Shown piece by piece: positions 63,104 through 64,000 of a stretch of 64,000 bases of DNA. The DNA is from Marinicellaceae bacterium (GTDB lineage Bacteria; Pseudomonadota; Gammaproteobacteria; Xanthomonadales; Marinicellaceae). Made by a program: the position numbers and the translations under genes. Numbering within the stretch: position 1 is the stretch's first letter; every line of letters begins with the position of its first letter. Where the stretch lies: positions 631 through 64,630 of the forward strand of contig JBGCFT010000088.1 in NCBI GenBank assembly GCA_045107085.1, given 5' to 3'. The notes beneath the pieces were generated by a model. The model saw nothing but the letters and a program-made list of their open reading frames with translations. It did no database searches and was not told the origin of the DNA.

Positions 63104-63967
63104 TTAGCTACCAAAAGTATTGCATTGAGTTATGTCACCTGTTTGCATTCCCTTTCTTAACCAATGCACTCTTTGTTCAGATGAACCATGAGTAAAAGAT
63201 TCTACATTAACGCTTCTGCCAGCGTTTCTTTGTAATGTATCATCACCTATAGAGGCAGCGGCTTGAAGTCCTTCTTCAACATCACCATCATCTAGCCAAT
63301 TTTTTTGTTTTTGAGACAAATTTGCCCAAACACCAGCATAACAATCAGCTTGAAGCTCTAGCATTACTAAATATTTGTTTTTATTAGCAGGATCACGTTG
63401 TTGCATTTGGCGCATTTTTCGTTCTGTTCCTAAAATATTTTGGATGTGATGTCCTACTTCATGAGCAATCACATAGGCTTGTGCAAAGTCACCTGGAGCA
63501 CCCATTCTTTGTAATTGTTCAAAGAAACCCAATGCTAGATAAAGTTTATGATCACCAGGACAATAAAATGGCCCAGTTCTCTCAGATTGAACACCACATG
63601 CTGATTGAACGTTTCCTTCAAAAATAACCATTCCAGGCACCTTGTAGTTTGAGCCTCTGCGTTTGAATTCAGCAAGCCAAGCATCTTCAGTAGATGCAAG
63701 AATTGTCTTTGAGAATGCTGTTAATTCATTTTCTGCGGCAGATCGTTGTACTGAAGGCTTTTTATTTTGTGTTGATGAACTTTGTCCTGAATTTCCACCA
63801 CCAACCATTTGGAACAACTCAATTGGATTTTTGCCAGTAACAACGGAAATGACTATGACAATTACGACAGTGACGATACTCATTTTTCCACCACCTCTGG
63901 CCATTCTGCCCCCAGTTCCACGCCTGTCTTCAACATTACTGCTTTGTCTTTGACCTTTCCAACGCAT
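63104..63967 (-). CDS. YpfJ-like neutral zinc metallopeptidase
   Basis: MRWKGQRQSSNVEDRRG N-terminus, a TM segment and HEVGHH. The start was chosen at the MRW methionine. Confidence 0.75.
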   Translation of the reverse strand: MRWKGQRQSSNVEDRRGTGGRMARGGGKMSIVTVVIVIVISVVTGKNPIELFQMVGGGNSGQSSSTQNKKPSVQRSAAENELTAFSKTILASTEDAWLAEFKRRGSNYKVPGMVIFEGNVQSACGVQSERTGPFYCPGDHKLYLALGFFEQLQRMGAPGDFAQAYVIAHEVGHHIQNILGTERKMRQMQQRDPANKNKYLVMLELQADCYAGVWANLSQKQKNWLDDGDVEEGLQAAASIGDDTLQRNAGRSVNVESFTHGSSEQRVHWLRKGMQTGDITQCNTFGS

Positions 63968-64000
63968 AATCTCAACTCTCTTTAATTTATAATGTCTCAA

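Overview
This is a low-GC window with gammaproteobacterial gene order (def / LysM protein / dprA / smg / topA / tsaC / waaA, pilT-pilU, hemE, rapA, feoAB, adk, ppa, xthA, miaA, rimK). From about 14.6 kb to the end it is mostly ordinary housekeeping, envelope and transport genes. It also carries a cobalamin riboswitch-btuB unit, a Fur-box-feoAB unit, a DUF1800/DUF1501 pair, a hybrid sensor kinase and two TonB-dependent receptors. The first ~14.6 kb looks accessory. It holds a TetM/TetO-like ribosomal-protection GTPase and a 2 kb block (2604-4615) of three REP-bounded RAYT (HUH/Y1 transposase) units. One RAYT unit is intact and two are internally deleted, and they alternate with two orphan small ORFs. 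The rest of this region holds an RraA-like/membrane/methyltransferase operon, a 934-aa orphan secreted protein, several genes of a type I associate with Bacteroidetes (exported YciI-like, DUF6090-like, HExxH protein), an SDR pseudogene remnant and a MerC-like/ArsR pair. The most unusual structure I can support is the stacked RAYT/REP array, which may act as a composite cargo-carrying element. I saw no CRISPR array, tRNA/rRNA gene, or recognisable defence or toxin system, and I cannot claim a clearly novel multi-gene system. All calls come from reading motifs and gene order by eye. No homology search, folding or composition calculation was run, so family names are recollection-based and start codons are approximate.
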